From positions 72,612 through 136,611 of the forward strand of contig BTVY01000013.1 of NCBI GenBank assembly GCA_045863335.1: 64,000 bases of DNA, given 5' to 3'. This stretch comes from Candidatus Hydrogenedentota bacterium (GTDB lineage Bacteria > Hydrogenedentota > Hydrogenedentia > Hydrogenedentales > SLHB01). Shown piece after piece: positions 9,038 to 18,032 of this stretch (positions within the stretch are counted from its first letter, which is position 1; each line of letters starts with the position of its first letter). Both the position numbers and the translations under genes were made by a program. The notes below the pieces were generated by a model. The model was not told the DNA's origin, did no database searches, and saw only the letters and a program-made list of their open reading frames with translations.

Positions 9038-11176
9038 ATGCGATTCTCTATTCTCATCTTGACGTGCCTTTTGGCGGTCGCTACGGGACTGGCCGAGGTG
9101 CCCAGCATCACGGTTGGGAGATTTCCCCAGGAAGTGGCGACGAAGCACACCACGGACAATGGACTCCCCTCCAACGACGTGCGCGCGATCTACGTCGGCG
9201 CCGATGGAATGGTCTACGCCGAAACCGCCCTGGGCTGGGCCGTGCTGAAGAAACACCACTGGTCCAGGGTCGCCGAGCCGGGGCAGAACGTGTTGCCCGG
9301 CCGGGTCGACGACCGGCTTTTCACCGAGATTGCCGGAATCACGAACCAGATTGCTCAATCTGATGAGAACCGCCTCGTCGCAGCGACCAGCAAAGGGCTG
9401 CTGGAGAAGACGCCTGCGGGCTTTCAACCGATCGTCATCGACACCGGCAAAGGCAGCCAGTGGGCGGTCGAGGACGTGCGCGGCGTCGCCTTTGACACTT
9501 CCAACCGACTATGGGTTGCGTCGCTGGCGGGTGTCGCCTGTCAAACGGGACCTGGCTGGACCTTCTACACGGGCGAGGACGGGCTTCCCTACAACGACTT
9601 CACGTGCGTGGCCGCGGGACCCGACGATGTCGTGTGGTTCGGTACCCGCATCGGCGCGGTGCGCTTCGACGGCGAAAACTGGGCGTACCGGCAAGGGCTT
9701 CGTTGGTTGCCCAGCGACGAGATTCGGTCCATCGCGGTGGATGATCACGGCAACGCCTGGTTCGCAACCGCGGACGGCGTTGGGTGCATCGAACGCCGCA
9801 TGATGACCCTCGCGGAGAAGGCGGACTTCTACGAAGAGGAAATGGAGAAATATATTCGCCGCACCAAGTTCGGCTACGTGTCCGAGGTCGGCCTGAGTGC
9901 CCCCGGTGACAAGAGCGAGATTCGATACAGTGACAGCGACAACGACGGCTTGTGGACGGCCATGTACGGCGCGGGCGAGTGCTTCGCCTACGCGGCCACG
10001 GGCGATCCGAAGGCAAAAGACCGGGCCAAACGCGCCTTCGAAGCGTTGCGATTCTTGCAGAAAGTCACACAGGGCACCGAGTTCAGCCCGCCCAAGGGCT
10101 ACGTTGCACGCACGATTCTTCCCGCAGACGGACCCAACCCGAATGATGGCCGCGTCGAGGGAGACCGCAAGAAGCGTGAAACCGAAGACAAGCTTTGGAA
10201 AGTGTACGAGCCGCGTTGGCCCTTAAGCGCCGACAAGAAGTGGTTCTGGAAGAGCGACACCAGCTCGGACGAGTTGGATGGCCATTACTTCTTCTATCCG
10301 CTCTATTATGATCTCGTCGCGGACACGGAAGAAGAGAAGGAGCGGGTTCGCGAGGTCGTACGCGATTTGACCGATCACCTCGTTGAGCACAACTATCAGT
10401 TGATCGATTTCGACGGAACCGTGACGCGGTGGGGCGTCTACAATCCCGAAGCCCTCAATCACGATCCCAACTGGTGGGTTGAGCGCGGCCTTAAGTCACT
10501 CAGCATGTTGTCGTACCTCGCCGTGGCGCGCCACATGACCGGCGACGACAAGTATGGCGAGCACATCCGGAATCTGTGCGAAAATCACGCGTACGATACA
10601 AACGCCATGATCTACAAGATTCATCGCGGTCCGGGTTCGGGCAACCATTCCGACGACGAGATGGCCTTCATGTGCTATTACAACCTGCTCAAGTACACGA
10701 CGCCCGACGAGTTCACCCAGGACCTGATGTTCTCGTTCTACAGCGCCTGGACCAACGAGCAACCCGAGATGAACCCGTTCTTCAATTTCGCGTACGCGGC
10801 GCATGGGCTCGAAGCCACGTACACGAGCCCGTGGGGCACTGCGAACATCGGTCCCTGGGGCGGTTGGCTGGAAGATTCCATCGAGACGTTGAAAGGCTTC
10901 CCGCTGGACCGCTGCAATTGGGCCAGCAAGAACAGCCATCGGCTCGATATCGAACTGCTGCCCCGCCAGCAGGCGGTGGAACTGACGGAAGAAGGCCGGC
11001 CCCACTACGGGTACCGCGTGAATGGAAAGGTGCTGCCGGTCGAGAACCGCCACTTCAACCACTGGAACCACAACCCGTGGAACCTGAACTACGGCGGCAA
11101 CGGCCAGGAACTTGCGAGCGGCACGGTCTACCTGTTGCCGTACTACATGGGGCTGTACCACGGCTTCATCAAGTAA
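9038..11176 (+). CDS. Secreted protein: Reg_prop-type beta-propeller repeats plus C-terminal helical, probably glycoside-hydrolase-like domain
   Basis: Signal peptide MRFSILILTCLLAVATGLA; GLPSNDV, GLPYNDF and WLPSDEI repeats; acidic DSDNDG and DTSSDE motifs. Confidence 0.6.
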   Translation: MRFSILILTCLLAVATGLAEVPSITVGRFPQEVATKHTTDNGLPSNDVRAIYVGADGMVYAETALGWAVLKKHHWSRVAEPGQNVLPGRVDDRLFTEIAGITNQIAQSDENRLVAATSKGLLEKTPAGFQPIVIDTGKGSQWAVEDVRGVAFDTSNRLWVASLAGVACQTGPGWTFYTGEDGLPYNDFTCVAAGPDDVVWFGTRIGAVRFDGENWAYRQGLRWLPSDEIRSIAVDDHGNAWFATADGVGCIERRMMTLAEKADFYEEEMEKYIRRTKFGYVSEVGLSAPGDKSEIRYSDSDNDGLWTAMYGAGECFAYAATGDPKAKDRAKRAFEALRFLQKVTQGTEFSPPKGYVARTILPADGPNPNDGRVEGDRKKRETEDKLWKVYEPRWPLSADKKWFWKSDTSSDELDGHYFFYPLYYDLVADTEEEKERVREVVRDLTDHLVEHNYQLIDFDGTVTRWGVYNPEALNHDPNWWVERGLKSLSMLSYLAVARHMTGDDKYGEHIRNLCENHAYDTNAMIYKIHRGPGSGNHSDDEMAFMCYYNLLKYTTPDEFTQDLMFSFYSAWTNEQPEMNPFFNFAYAAHGLEATYTSPWGTANIGPWGGWLEDSIETLKGFPLDRCNWASKNSHRLDIELLPRQQAVELTEEGRPHYGYRVNGKVLPVENRHFNHWNHNPWNLNYGGNGQELASGTVYLLPYYMGLYHGFIK

Positions 11177-11218
11177 GCAGGGCCGCGTAACCGGCCTTAC
11201 GGACTTACCCTCGATTCT

Positions 11219-11246
11219 GAACGCCCGGCTGAAAGGCCGGGCGTTC
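11219..11246 (+). terminator. GC-rich hairpin after the sulfatase/glycosidase cluster
   Basis: GAACGCCCGGCT-GAAA-GGCCGGGCGTTC; weak U tail. Confidence 0.55.
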
Positions 11247-11310
11247 TCGTATCTCCTCACGTTGATTTGGCGGACGGTTGGCGTCGGAATCGTGCGGTAC
11301 AGGCCCCGAC

Positions 11311-11350
11311 AAAGAGGAAAGGGTCCAACGGGAGTCCCCGCTGAACCCTT
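11311..11350 (-). terminator. Intrinsic terminator of the small-peptide gene
   Basis: On the minus strand AAGGGUUCAGCGGG-GACU-CCCGUUGGACCCUU is a fully paired 14-bp stem (two G-U pairs that would be C-A mismatches on +), followed by UCCUCUUU. Confidence 0.7.
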
Positions 11351-11407
11351 CAGCATCTAAGAATCGGATTTGTTTGTAGCGATTGCCGTGTGGCCACGGC
11401 GCCGCGA

Positions 11408-11497
11408 CTAAACGACGGCGCGCCGTTCGGCAAGAAATGCCAGAATGAAGAAGAACGTCCACAACGGGGCCCACAGCAGCGTCCACAAGATAAACAT
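11408..11497 (-). CDS. 29-aa hydrophobic small protein MFILWTLLWAPLWTFFFILAFLAERRAVV (not in ORF track)
   Basis: Strong RBS AGAGGAGGGT 5 nt before ATG; own promoter and terminator; one hydrophobic helix followed by ERR. Confidence 0.7.
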   Translation of the reverse strand: MFILWTLLWAPLWTFFFILAFLAERRAVV

Positions 11498-11608
11498 TAC
11501 TTACCCTCCTCTATTCCGCGAACATTTGTCGGTAGAACCCACCGGCTACCCCTACACAATGGAATCCCGGGGGTTCCCGTTTGCCTTGTACTACGTCCAG
11601 CACGCGCC

Positions 11609-11637
11609 ACTATACGAAGACGCCGCTGAATTGTCAA
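11609..11637 (-). promoter_or_regulatory. Sigma70 promoter for the small-peptide gene
   Basis: TTGACA-17 nt-TATAGT on the minus strand. Confidence 0.75.
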
Positions 11638-11712
11638 CCCCCGGCAGCCTTGGCAAGTGATTACAGGACATGGATTAACCCTTAGGAAAGTTTGTTTGGG
11701 CATCGCTGCTGA

Positions 11713-12906
11713 CTACTTCCAGATGATCCGCGCGGCGTATACGCTGTTGTCGGAACCGTACTTTTCGCAGCCGACGGGCTGCATCCACTCCGCCACGGTC
11801 ACCCAGGTTTCGCGATCGTTGACCTTCGTCACTGCGAAGTTGCCCAGGCGCGCGCCCCGGGACGGCACCAGGATGCGCTCGGTGTCGCGGAAGACGCAGA
11901 GCCGATCCGGGTCAACCTGGGCGATGCGGAGCGGGGCACGGTGGCGGAACACGTGGTCGTACTCGGGATCGCGGCGAGTATATACAAGGAACAAGGCGTC
12001 CGGGTGAGTGACCCAGTGCTGTTGCGTGTTGTAGCTGCCCAGCTCTTCCCCGTCGTCAAAGGTCCACGGCTGGATTTCGTCAAAGTGGAGGCCGTCGTCG
12101 CCGCTCGTGACGTAGCCCTTCTCGTCGTTGCGTAGCGTCAGGTAGAACCGCCCCTGAAACTCTGCCAGCGAGGGTTCGCCCAATCCGCGCGGTACGTCCA
12201 CCGTGTGCTCGGTCCCATGTTCGATGTACGACAAGGTCTCACCGTCTAACCGGCATCGCATGATCGTCGATGTGGACGTGTTATCGCCTTTGCCCTTCAC
12301 ATAGATGGGCAGCAGGATATCGCCATTGGGCAGATCCACCCGTTGCGTGCAGCCCGCGCCGGAACTGTAGAACTTCGGGTCGTCCGGCATCTCGACCGAC
12401 TTCCACGGCGCCCAGGTTCGCACTTCCGGGTCGTACCAGGAGTAGGTCGTCGCGCGCTGATAATCCTTCGCAAGGTGATCGCCATCGTACTTGGCGAGGT
12501 GCCCCGTGCCCAGGAGCTTGCCGGAGGCTTCGTGCCACTTAGGCGTGAAATCGCAGACCACCGATACCAACCCGCTTTCTTCATTGCGGCGGCCGAGGGT
12601 GTCGTGCTCGACGGGGCCGCTCCACGTCTCGCCGAGGTCATCGGTCCGCATTTCGTTCAGCGCGTAAAACACGTCCGACCCGCTCAATAGCAGTTTCTGC
12701 ATGGTCATCACCACAACCGGAGTCTCACCCGGGATTGTCCCTGCGCGTGGGTGCACCCAGCAGGTCTTCTGATCGAATCCGGACGTAACCGTATCGAGTT
12801 GGACGTCATAGTCTACACGTACAATGTCGGTCTCCTGGCTGCTGGCGAAAAAGGCGGTCAAAAGAAACGTGGCGGTTACCGCGCCAAAGGTAGGAAAGGC
12901 ATGCAT
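11713..12906 (-). CDS. Secreted sialidase/BNR-repeat beta-propeller glycosidase-like protein
   Basis: Signal peptide; Asp-box-like TDDLGETW and SGDDGLHF; EPSL and RHRAPL motifs. Confidence 0.7.
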   Translation of the reverse strand: MHAFPTFGAVTATFLLTAFFASSQETDIVRVDYDVQLDTVTSGFDQKTCWVHPRAGTIPGETPVVVMTMQKLLLSGSDVFYALNEMRTDDLGETWSGPVEHDTLGRRNEESGLVSVVCDFTPKWHEASGKLLGTGHLAKYDGDHLAKDYQRATTYSWYDPEVRTWAPWKSVEMPDDPKFYSSGAGCTQRVDLPNGDILLPIYVKGKGDNTSTSTIMRCRLDGETLSYIEHGTEHTVDVPRGLGEPSLAEFQGRFYLTLRNDEKGYVTSGDDGLHFDEIQPWTFDDGEELGSYNTQQHWVTHPDALFLVYTRRDPEYDHVFRHRAPLRIAQVDPDRLCVFRDTERILVPSRGARLGNFAVTKVNDRETWVTVAEWMQPVGCEKYGSDNSVYAARIIWK

Positions 12907-13094
12907 GAGAATCTATCTCCCGTAAGTCGTTCTGCGAACACTGGCGCACTTACAAGAAGTAGTCTAGAGTCGTGAATCCGCGCTGTCCAGCCCCGCGAGG
13001 ATTGAGGCATAACGCGGTTGGGTGCAGCGTTACCAATGAAAAGTACGCGGGCCTGCGAATTTGCGGGAAAACCTTGAGCACAAGGGAATCAATC

Positions 13095-13274
13095 ATGTTT
13101 AAACGAAGGACAAGCACCGTCCGTGCTCCGAGACATCTCGGAGTTATCTTGCTCGGCATTTGGCTCATACTCACCGGGATCATTCCGACCGTCAACCTCA
13201 CCTTCACAGGGTTAAGCCTGATCATGGCAATCCTCGCCATCGTGGCAGGCGTCCTGATCATTCTTCAGCGATAG
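13095..13274 (+). CDS. Small two-helix membrane protein (59 aa)
   Basis: LGVILLGIWLILTG and IMAILAIVAGVLIIL hydrophobic hairpin; AAGGGA RBS. Confidence 0.65.
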   Translation: MFKRRTSTVRAPRHLGVILLGIWLILTGIIPTVNLTFTGLSLIMAILAIVAGVLIILQR

Positions 13275-13303
13275 CTTCGAGCTTGGTGAGGCCGACGGAC
13301 TCT

Positions 13304-13804
13304 CTACTGATTCCCCGTCGTGAATCGCCACACGACCTGGTCGAGCGGTCTTCCCGATGCGCTCTTGAAGTTCTTATGGCTCGGGCTGTTCAAGCCGACC
13401 CGGTACGACCAGTTCGGCTGCAGCCGGACGGGCAATACACAGGTTCGTTGATCCGCGGCCCAATACGGTTTCCCCGTAGTTTCCGGAAACTCAGGGCCGC
13501 CGCCGGTCCACGAGAATCCTCCTGCCATGGGCTCGCTGAACGTCACGACCAATTGCGTCGTGTACGGGCTCACACCGGACGCGCCATTCTCCGGGTTCAT
13601 GCCGATCACGCTCGGCACGCCAGGGCGCGGTTGCGGCGCCGGTGGCGGAGATGCGGGCGCCGCCGCGGGTGGCGGTTGGGGCGTAGCGGTCTGCGGTGTG
13701 GCCGCCACGTCGTCATCTGTTTTCCCGAGCAGTGAAGGCAGCAACGGGAACAGCAGCATCACGCCCACGACACACGCCGTAACGATGATAATGTTCTTCG
13801 ACAT
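13304..13804 (-). CDS. Membrane-anchored/secreted bacterial Ig-like (Big_5-type) domain protein
   Basis: N-terminal hydrophobic segment, Pro-rich linker, P.V....P.NG..GV and VTFSEPM..FTTG pattern. Confidence 0.8.
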   Translation of the reverse strand: MSKNIIIVTACVVGVMLLFPLLPSLLGKTDDDVAATPQTATPQPPPAAAPASPPPAPQPRPGVPSVIGMNPENGASGVSPYTTQLVVTFSEPMAGGFSWTGGGPEFPETTGKPYWAADQRTCVLPVRLQPNWSYRVGLNSPSHKNFKSASGRPLDQVVWRFTTGNQ

Positions 13805-13861
13805 GGTTCATTCCCCCGTTTCCGGTAGCCGACGGAGCGGCGCACCGGATCGCTAAACGCG

Positions 13862-16207
13862 TTACTTCCCCGTTGAGAAGGACCACTCGACCGGGTCCAG
13901 CGGCACGCCAGAGGCGCTCTGGAAATTGATGTGACGGCCGCTGTTCAGGCTCAGATGGTACGATGCGTCCGGTTTGAGGCTGACCGGCAGCGTGCACACC
14001 GTGTGATCATCGTTCCACTGCGGCTTGTCGGTCGTCTCGGGAAAGTGCTCGTCCAGGGTCACCCACGAGAATCCCCCGCCCATGGGTTTATCGAACGTAA
14101 CGGTCAGCTCGGTCATATTCGGCGCTACACCGGTTGCGCCGTTTTCGGGCGACATGGAAACGATGCTCGGCGGCACGAGCTTGGCGATCTCCGCCGGGTC
14201 TGCGCCTTGGGTCGCGAAGTAGATCGCGCGGGGCCGGGCCGGAATGCCGTTCTCGCCGCGGAAGTTCTGGTGGCTCTTGGAATTGATGCCGACGCGATAA
14301 ACCTTCGCGGGTTCGAGCGCCACGTGAAGCACGCAGGTACGGTTATCCACCCACTCAGGTTTGCCGGCTGTTTTGGGAAACATCTCGCCGCCGCCCGTCC
14401 ACGAGTAGCCGCCAGTACCCATGTCCTGGTCGAAGGACACGCGGATTTCCGTGGTCGCGGGATCGACCTCCTGTGCGCCGATGGCCGGTGACACGGAAAC
14501 GATCTCCGGCGCAGAGCCCGTTGCCTGCGCGGCGGGTGCATCGGCGCCGGCTGGAGGTGTCCACGGTTTCAGGTCATCTGGGCTGAATTCGGGTGTTTTC
14601 CCGGCGTTGTTCCACCACGCTCCCCAAGCCTGCTTGTCGTCTTTGAAACTCTGCCCCGTGAGGCGCGCGAGCGATGCGCGCGCCCACATGCGGGTATTCT
14701 GATTCCCGTGGTCTACGAGCGGCACCAGCGCCGGAACGGCGGACTCATCATCCATACGTCCCGCCGCTTCGACGGCAATCCACTTCGGCCGGCAATCGTA
14801 GTCCCGGTCGTCGCGGTGATACGTTGCCGCCTTCAAAACGCCGGGAAGCAATCGCTTATCCTTGAGTACGCCCGCGGCCGCGAGCGCTTCGCATTGATGC
14901 CGGCCGTACTCGCCGTCGAGGACGCTCACGCAATAGGCGACCTTTTCCTCACGTTGGTCTGCCGAGAGATCGTCGAAGGCGTTCTCGGGGAGCCACAGTC
15001 CTCCGCGGCTGAATTGCCGGGCCGTCCATCGGATGTATTCTTGAACCTCAGGATCGGCTTTTGCGTAATGCGCTGCGATCTCCGCGTTGACGGCACTCTC
15101 GATGTCCTCTGGATTCTGCGCCTTCGCGCTCCAGACGCCCATCGGCAGTGCCAGCAACACCGCGATCAACGTGGCCGCCGAGCCCCAGCCCATGCGCCGC
15201 ACGCGCCGTCCGTCCGTCGCGGCGCGCACCCGGTGCAGCAAGTTGTCCGAGAGTTCCAGCAGCCCCAGGAATCCCGCGCCAACGGGCGTTTCACCGGTGA
15301 AGTGTTCCGCCGCTTTAAGCAGCGATGCCGCATATGCCTTGCCCGGCTGACGGCTCGATTCCAACACCATATCATCGCACGCCATTTCACGTTCCCTCCT
15401 TTGTTGCAGGTTCGCAAACCACACGGCGGGATGGAACCAATACACGCAACTCAACATCGCGGCGGCCACCGTCACCGGCAGATCGCCCCGCTTAATATGA
15501 GCCACTTCGTGCGCCAGAATGCCCGCCAGATCGCCTGCCGCGAACTGCTCGTTCCAGTCGCCGGGAAGCAAAATGGACGGCTTCAGAAAGCCGAATACGG
15601 CGGGCGTGTGGATCACCGGCGAGACCAGCACCGGCACCGTGCGCGAAACGCCAAGCTGTTCGGCCTGCGCGTTCACAACGGACTGAAGCGTATCCGGCGC
15701 GGGCGTGGCATGCCGCAGAACGAGCCGCGCGTACCGGCGATACTGCCAGACCATCGCCGCGGCCAATGCGAGCGCGATGGCTGCCCACGCAGTCATGCAC
15801 CACGCCGCCACGCTTAACCGGGAATCCTGCGCAATCTGCGTCGTCTGCACAGCAGATCCAGACGCTGGCTCAATCGGCCGCGGGGGGCCGGTTGCCGGCG
15901 CAGGCGAATCTCCATTGTCTCGAGACGCCGGCGCCGCGGATAGGACTTCCACTGCCGGAAGGTATCTGGGGGAGACGTCAGGGACAAGGTTTCCTGCCGA
16001 CCAGGGAGTCGCGAGCATCGGTGGCAGTACGAGTTTCAAGAACACCGCCACCCACAACAGATGGCGGAATCGCGCCGAACGTTTGGACGCCAAGCGCGAG
16101 ACCAGCCATACGGCCCCAACGAGTACGGCGATTTGCCACGACATGTGAAGCATCCACTGCGACCAGGCGCCGGCAGCGCCGTTCAGGGTGCTTGTCCACG
16201 CGTTCAT
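13862..16207 (-). CDS. BlaR1/MecR1-type M56 metallopeptidase sensor with HEAT-like repeats and two Big_5-type Ig domains
   Basis: TPAVFGFLKP, ILAHEVAHIKRGD (HExxH), YWFHPAVW and REMACD motifs; C-terminal tandem Ig-like domains. Confidence 0.9.
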   Translation of the reverse strand: MNAWTSTLNGAAGAWSQWMLHMSWQIAVLVGAVWLVSRLASKRSARFRHLLWVAVFLKLVLPPMLATPWSAGNLVPDVSPRYLPAVEVLSAAPASRDNGDSPAPATGPPRPIEPASGSAVQTTQIAQDSRLSVAAWCMTAWAAIALALAAAMVWQYRRYARLVLRHATPAPDTLQSVVNAQAEQLGVSRTVPVLVSPVIHTPAVFGFLKPSILLPGDWNEQFAAGDLAGILAHEVAHIKRGDLPVTVAAAMLSCVYWFHPAVWFANLQQRREREMACDDMVLESSRQPGKAYAASLLKAAEHFTGETPVGAGFLGLLELSDNLLHRVRAATDGRRVRRMGWGSAATLIAVLLALPMGVWSAKAQNPEDIESAVNAEIAAHYAKADPEVQEYIRWTARQFSRGGLWLPENAFDDLSADQREEKVAYCVSVLDGEYGRHQCEALAAAGVLKDKRLLPGVLKAATYHRDDRDYDCRPKWIAVEAAGRMDDESAVPALVPLVDHGNQNTRMWARASLARLTGQSFKDDKQAWGAWWNNAGKTPEFSPDDLKPWTPPAGADAPAAQATGSAPEIVSVSPAIGAQEVDPATTEIRVSFDQDMGTGGYSWTGGGEMFPKTAGKPEWVDNRTCVLHVALEPAKVYRVGINSKSHQNFRGENGIPARPRAIYFATQGADPAEIAKLVPPSIVSMSPENGATGVAPNMTELTVTFDKPMGGGFSWVTLDEHFPETTDKPQWNDDHTVCTLPVSLKPDASYHLSLNSGRHINFQSASGVPLDPVEWSFSTGK

Positions 16208-16611
16208 GGCTCAGACTCCTTCGCGCGCTCCCGTTCGATCCGCGCCAGTTCTGCTTTTATGGCCTGCAACTCCTCGGGCGATGCATGCTCGGCAAAGTGG
16301 GCTACGAAGGGGTTCAATGCCCCATCGAATACCCGCCGGATAAAGGACCGCGTGGCCGCGCCAGTCATCGCCTCGCGACCGAATGCGGGCCGGTACAAGT
16401 AGGAGTTTCCAATCTGGTCGTAGACCAATGCGCCCTTCTTGACGAGCCGCGCCAGCATGGTCTTGACGGTTTTGTAGGCCCAATCCTGATCCTTGGAAAC
16501 CGCTTCGTAGATGTCCCGCGCGGCCATGGGACCGTTGTCCCACATGGGTTTAAGGATCTCCCACTCAAGTTCGGAAAGCCTTGGGACTTCTGGATTTCGG
16601 GGTTTATCCAT
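16204..16611 (-). CDS. BlaI/MecI/CopY family repressor
   Basis: LSELEWEILKPMW, WAYKTVKTMLARLVKKG and YLYRP motifs; ATGA overlap with the M56 gene. Confidence 0.93.
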   Translation of the reverse strand: MDKPRNPEVPRLSELEWEILKPMWDNGPMAARDIYEAVSKDQDWAYKTVKTMLARLVKKGALVYDQIGNSYLYRPAFGREAMTGAATRSFIRRVFDGALNPFVAHFAEHASPEELQAIKAELARIERERAKESEP

Positions 16612-16649
16612 TATGACGCACCTCGTTGGTCTTTTGCCTACTTAATTAG

Positions 16650-16679
16650 ACTATAGCCTACAAATGTAGGCATTGTCAA
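16650..16679 (-). promoter_or_regulatory. Sigma70 promoter with BlaI/CopY operator in the spacer
   Basis: TTGACA-18 nt-TATAGT; palindrome GCCTACA-AA-TGTAGGC (16656-16671) contains the TACAnnTGTA BlaI/CopY box. Confidence 0.85.
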
Positions 16680-16737
16680 AAAGTTTTTTGCGGTGCTGAA
16701 ACTGGGGGAGTTCGAGAAGGTGTGGGCGGGGGTTCCG

Positions 16738-16857
16738 AATAGGACAAATAGGACCCATGGGACCTATTGGACTAACGACTCGAACGATACAAAGCTGCGA
16801 ATATCCTCCCCCAACGGCCTCAGGTCCTATCGGTCCTATGCGTCCTACGTGTCCTAT
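16738..16857. repeat. Inverted pair of 9-bp-period tandem arrays (ATAGGACNN-like)
   Basis: AATAGGACAAATAGGACCCATGGGACCTAT ... AGGTCCTATCGGTCCTATGCGTCCTACGTGTCCTAT; same family at 36683-36890. Confidence 0.8.
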
Positions 16858-16899
16858 CCAAAATACCGGCTGGCAGCACCGCGCCTCGTTCCACCTCGC

Positions 16900-17877
16900 C
16901 TACAACCGCTGCCGCTCCAGAAAAGCCCACGCGTGGCGCGCGCCTTCGATGTCGCCGTTCTGGTTGCCGAGTTGGAGCAGGTTGAGGAGCCACGCGGGCA
17001 CGCGGTAATCGATGCTGGGCATCGTGTGGCCGCCGCCTTCGACGGTGTAAAACATGACCTCCGTGCCCTCGTCGCCGCCGGTGAACAATTCGCTGCTGAT
17101 GGTACAGCCGTCGTTGGGGTCCAGGTCCGGGTACATGACTACATCGGAAGGGGCATTGTCGCAGTCGTTCTGCGTAATCCAGTAGTCGCGCGTCGCCAGG
17201 GCCGAAATGGAGGTGCCGCGTCCGCCGGGGATTGCGCCGCCTTCCCATTGCTGCAAGGGATCGGCGGTGCCGTTGCAGATGAACACCGAAACGGGTAAAT
17301 CCGGATCTGCACAGATATCGACTGCGGCTTCGTTCGCGATGAACGCGGCAACCGCCGCAATGCGGTCGTCCAGCTCGCGCGCGAGCCGGTACGACATCTT
17401 GCCGCCGTTCGAGGCCCCCGTGGAATACACACGATCCGCGTCGACATTGAAGTTCGCTTGTGCCCAGTCGATCAATGCGCTGATGAAAGCGACGTCGTCC
17501 GCCCCTGTATCGATGGCAGGCGCATCGCCCCGGCAATCGCGCCAGTTCTGATTGTCGCCCCACGCTTCGCCGGTTTCCGCGTTGACGCCGTTCGGAACTA
17601 CGAGAAGGAATCCTGCGTCATCGGCGATGTCCTGCCATTCTTGCGTGCCGCCGGCATTGCGATCGAAGATCGCTTCCATATCCTGCGTGCCGCCGTGGAG
17701 AAGATAAACCACGGGGCATGGAGTGGCGAGGTTCTTGGGAACGTAGTAACGAAAGTACCGCGTCGTGTCGCCAATGGAGATCGTCTGGTTTTCAAACCAC
17801 TTCCCGCCGGCACCCGGGCAACCCGGGCAAAGCAACACGATTGTGGCCAAAGTCACGATTCGCAAAAGGGACTTCAT
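16900..17877 (-). CDS. PHB-depolymerase/LpqC-family alpha/beta hydrolase (exported esterase, possibly a lipoprotein)
   Basis: LLHGG, DDVAFI, TGASNGG (GxSxG), GTADP and GGGHT motifs. Confidence 0.85.
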   Translation of the reverse strand: MKSLLRIVTLATIVLLCPGCPGAGGKWFENQTISIGDTTRYFRYYVPKNLATPCPVVYLLHGGTQDMEAIFDRNAGGTQEWQDIADDAGFLLVVPNGVNAETGEAWGDNQNWRDCRGDAPAIDTGADDVAFISALIDWAQANFNVDADRVYSTGASNGGKMSYRLARELDDRIAAVAAFIANEAAVDICADPDLPVSVFICNGTADPLQQWEGGAIPGGRGTSISALATRDYWITQNDCDNAPSDVVMYPDLDPNDGCTISSELFTGGDEGTEVMFYTVEGGGHTMPSIDYRVPAWLLNLLQLGNQNGDIEGARHAWAFLERQRL

Positions 17878-18032
17878 CGCGTTGCGCCTCCACAATTCAT
17901 GCGTGCTCACGATAAGCGCGTCGAACTCAAAGATACTAACACCGGTTCGCTCCGAGAGGTTTCATTTGACATTTGCATGCGACTCGCCGAATCTGGGATG
18001 GGAATACTAGGCGGGATCGGAAGGAGCGATAC

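Noticed and set aside
11520-11600. c-di-GMP-I riboswitch in the small-peptide leader (GGCAAAC...AGCCGG)
   Set aside because: The GNRA-capped P2 stem and GACGCAAA junction are missing; similarity is limited to short words.
16738-16857. Possible CRISPR array (also 36683-36890, 54655-54748)
   Set aside because: Units are 9-24 bp with at most a few copies, lack regular unique spacers, and no cas genes are present.
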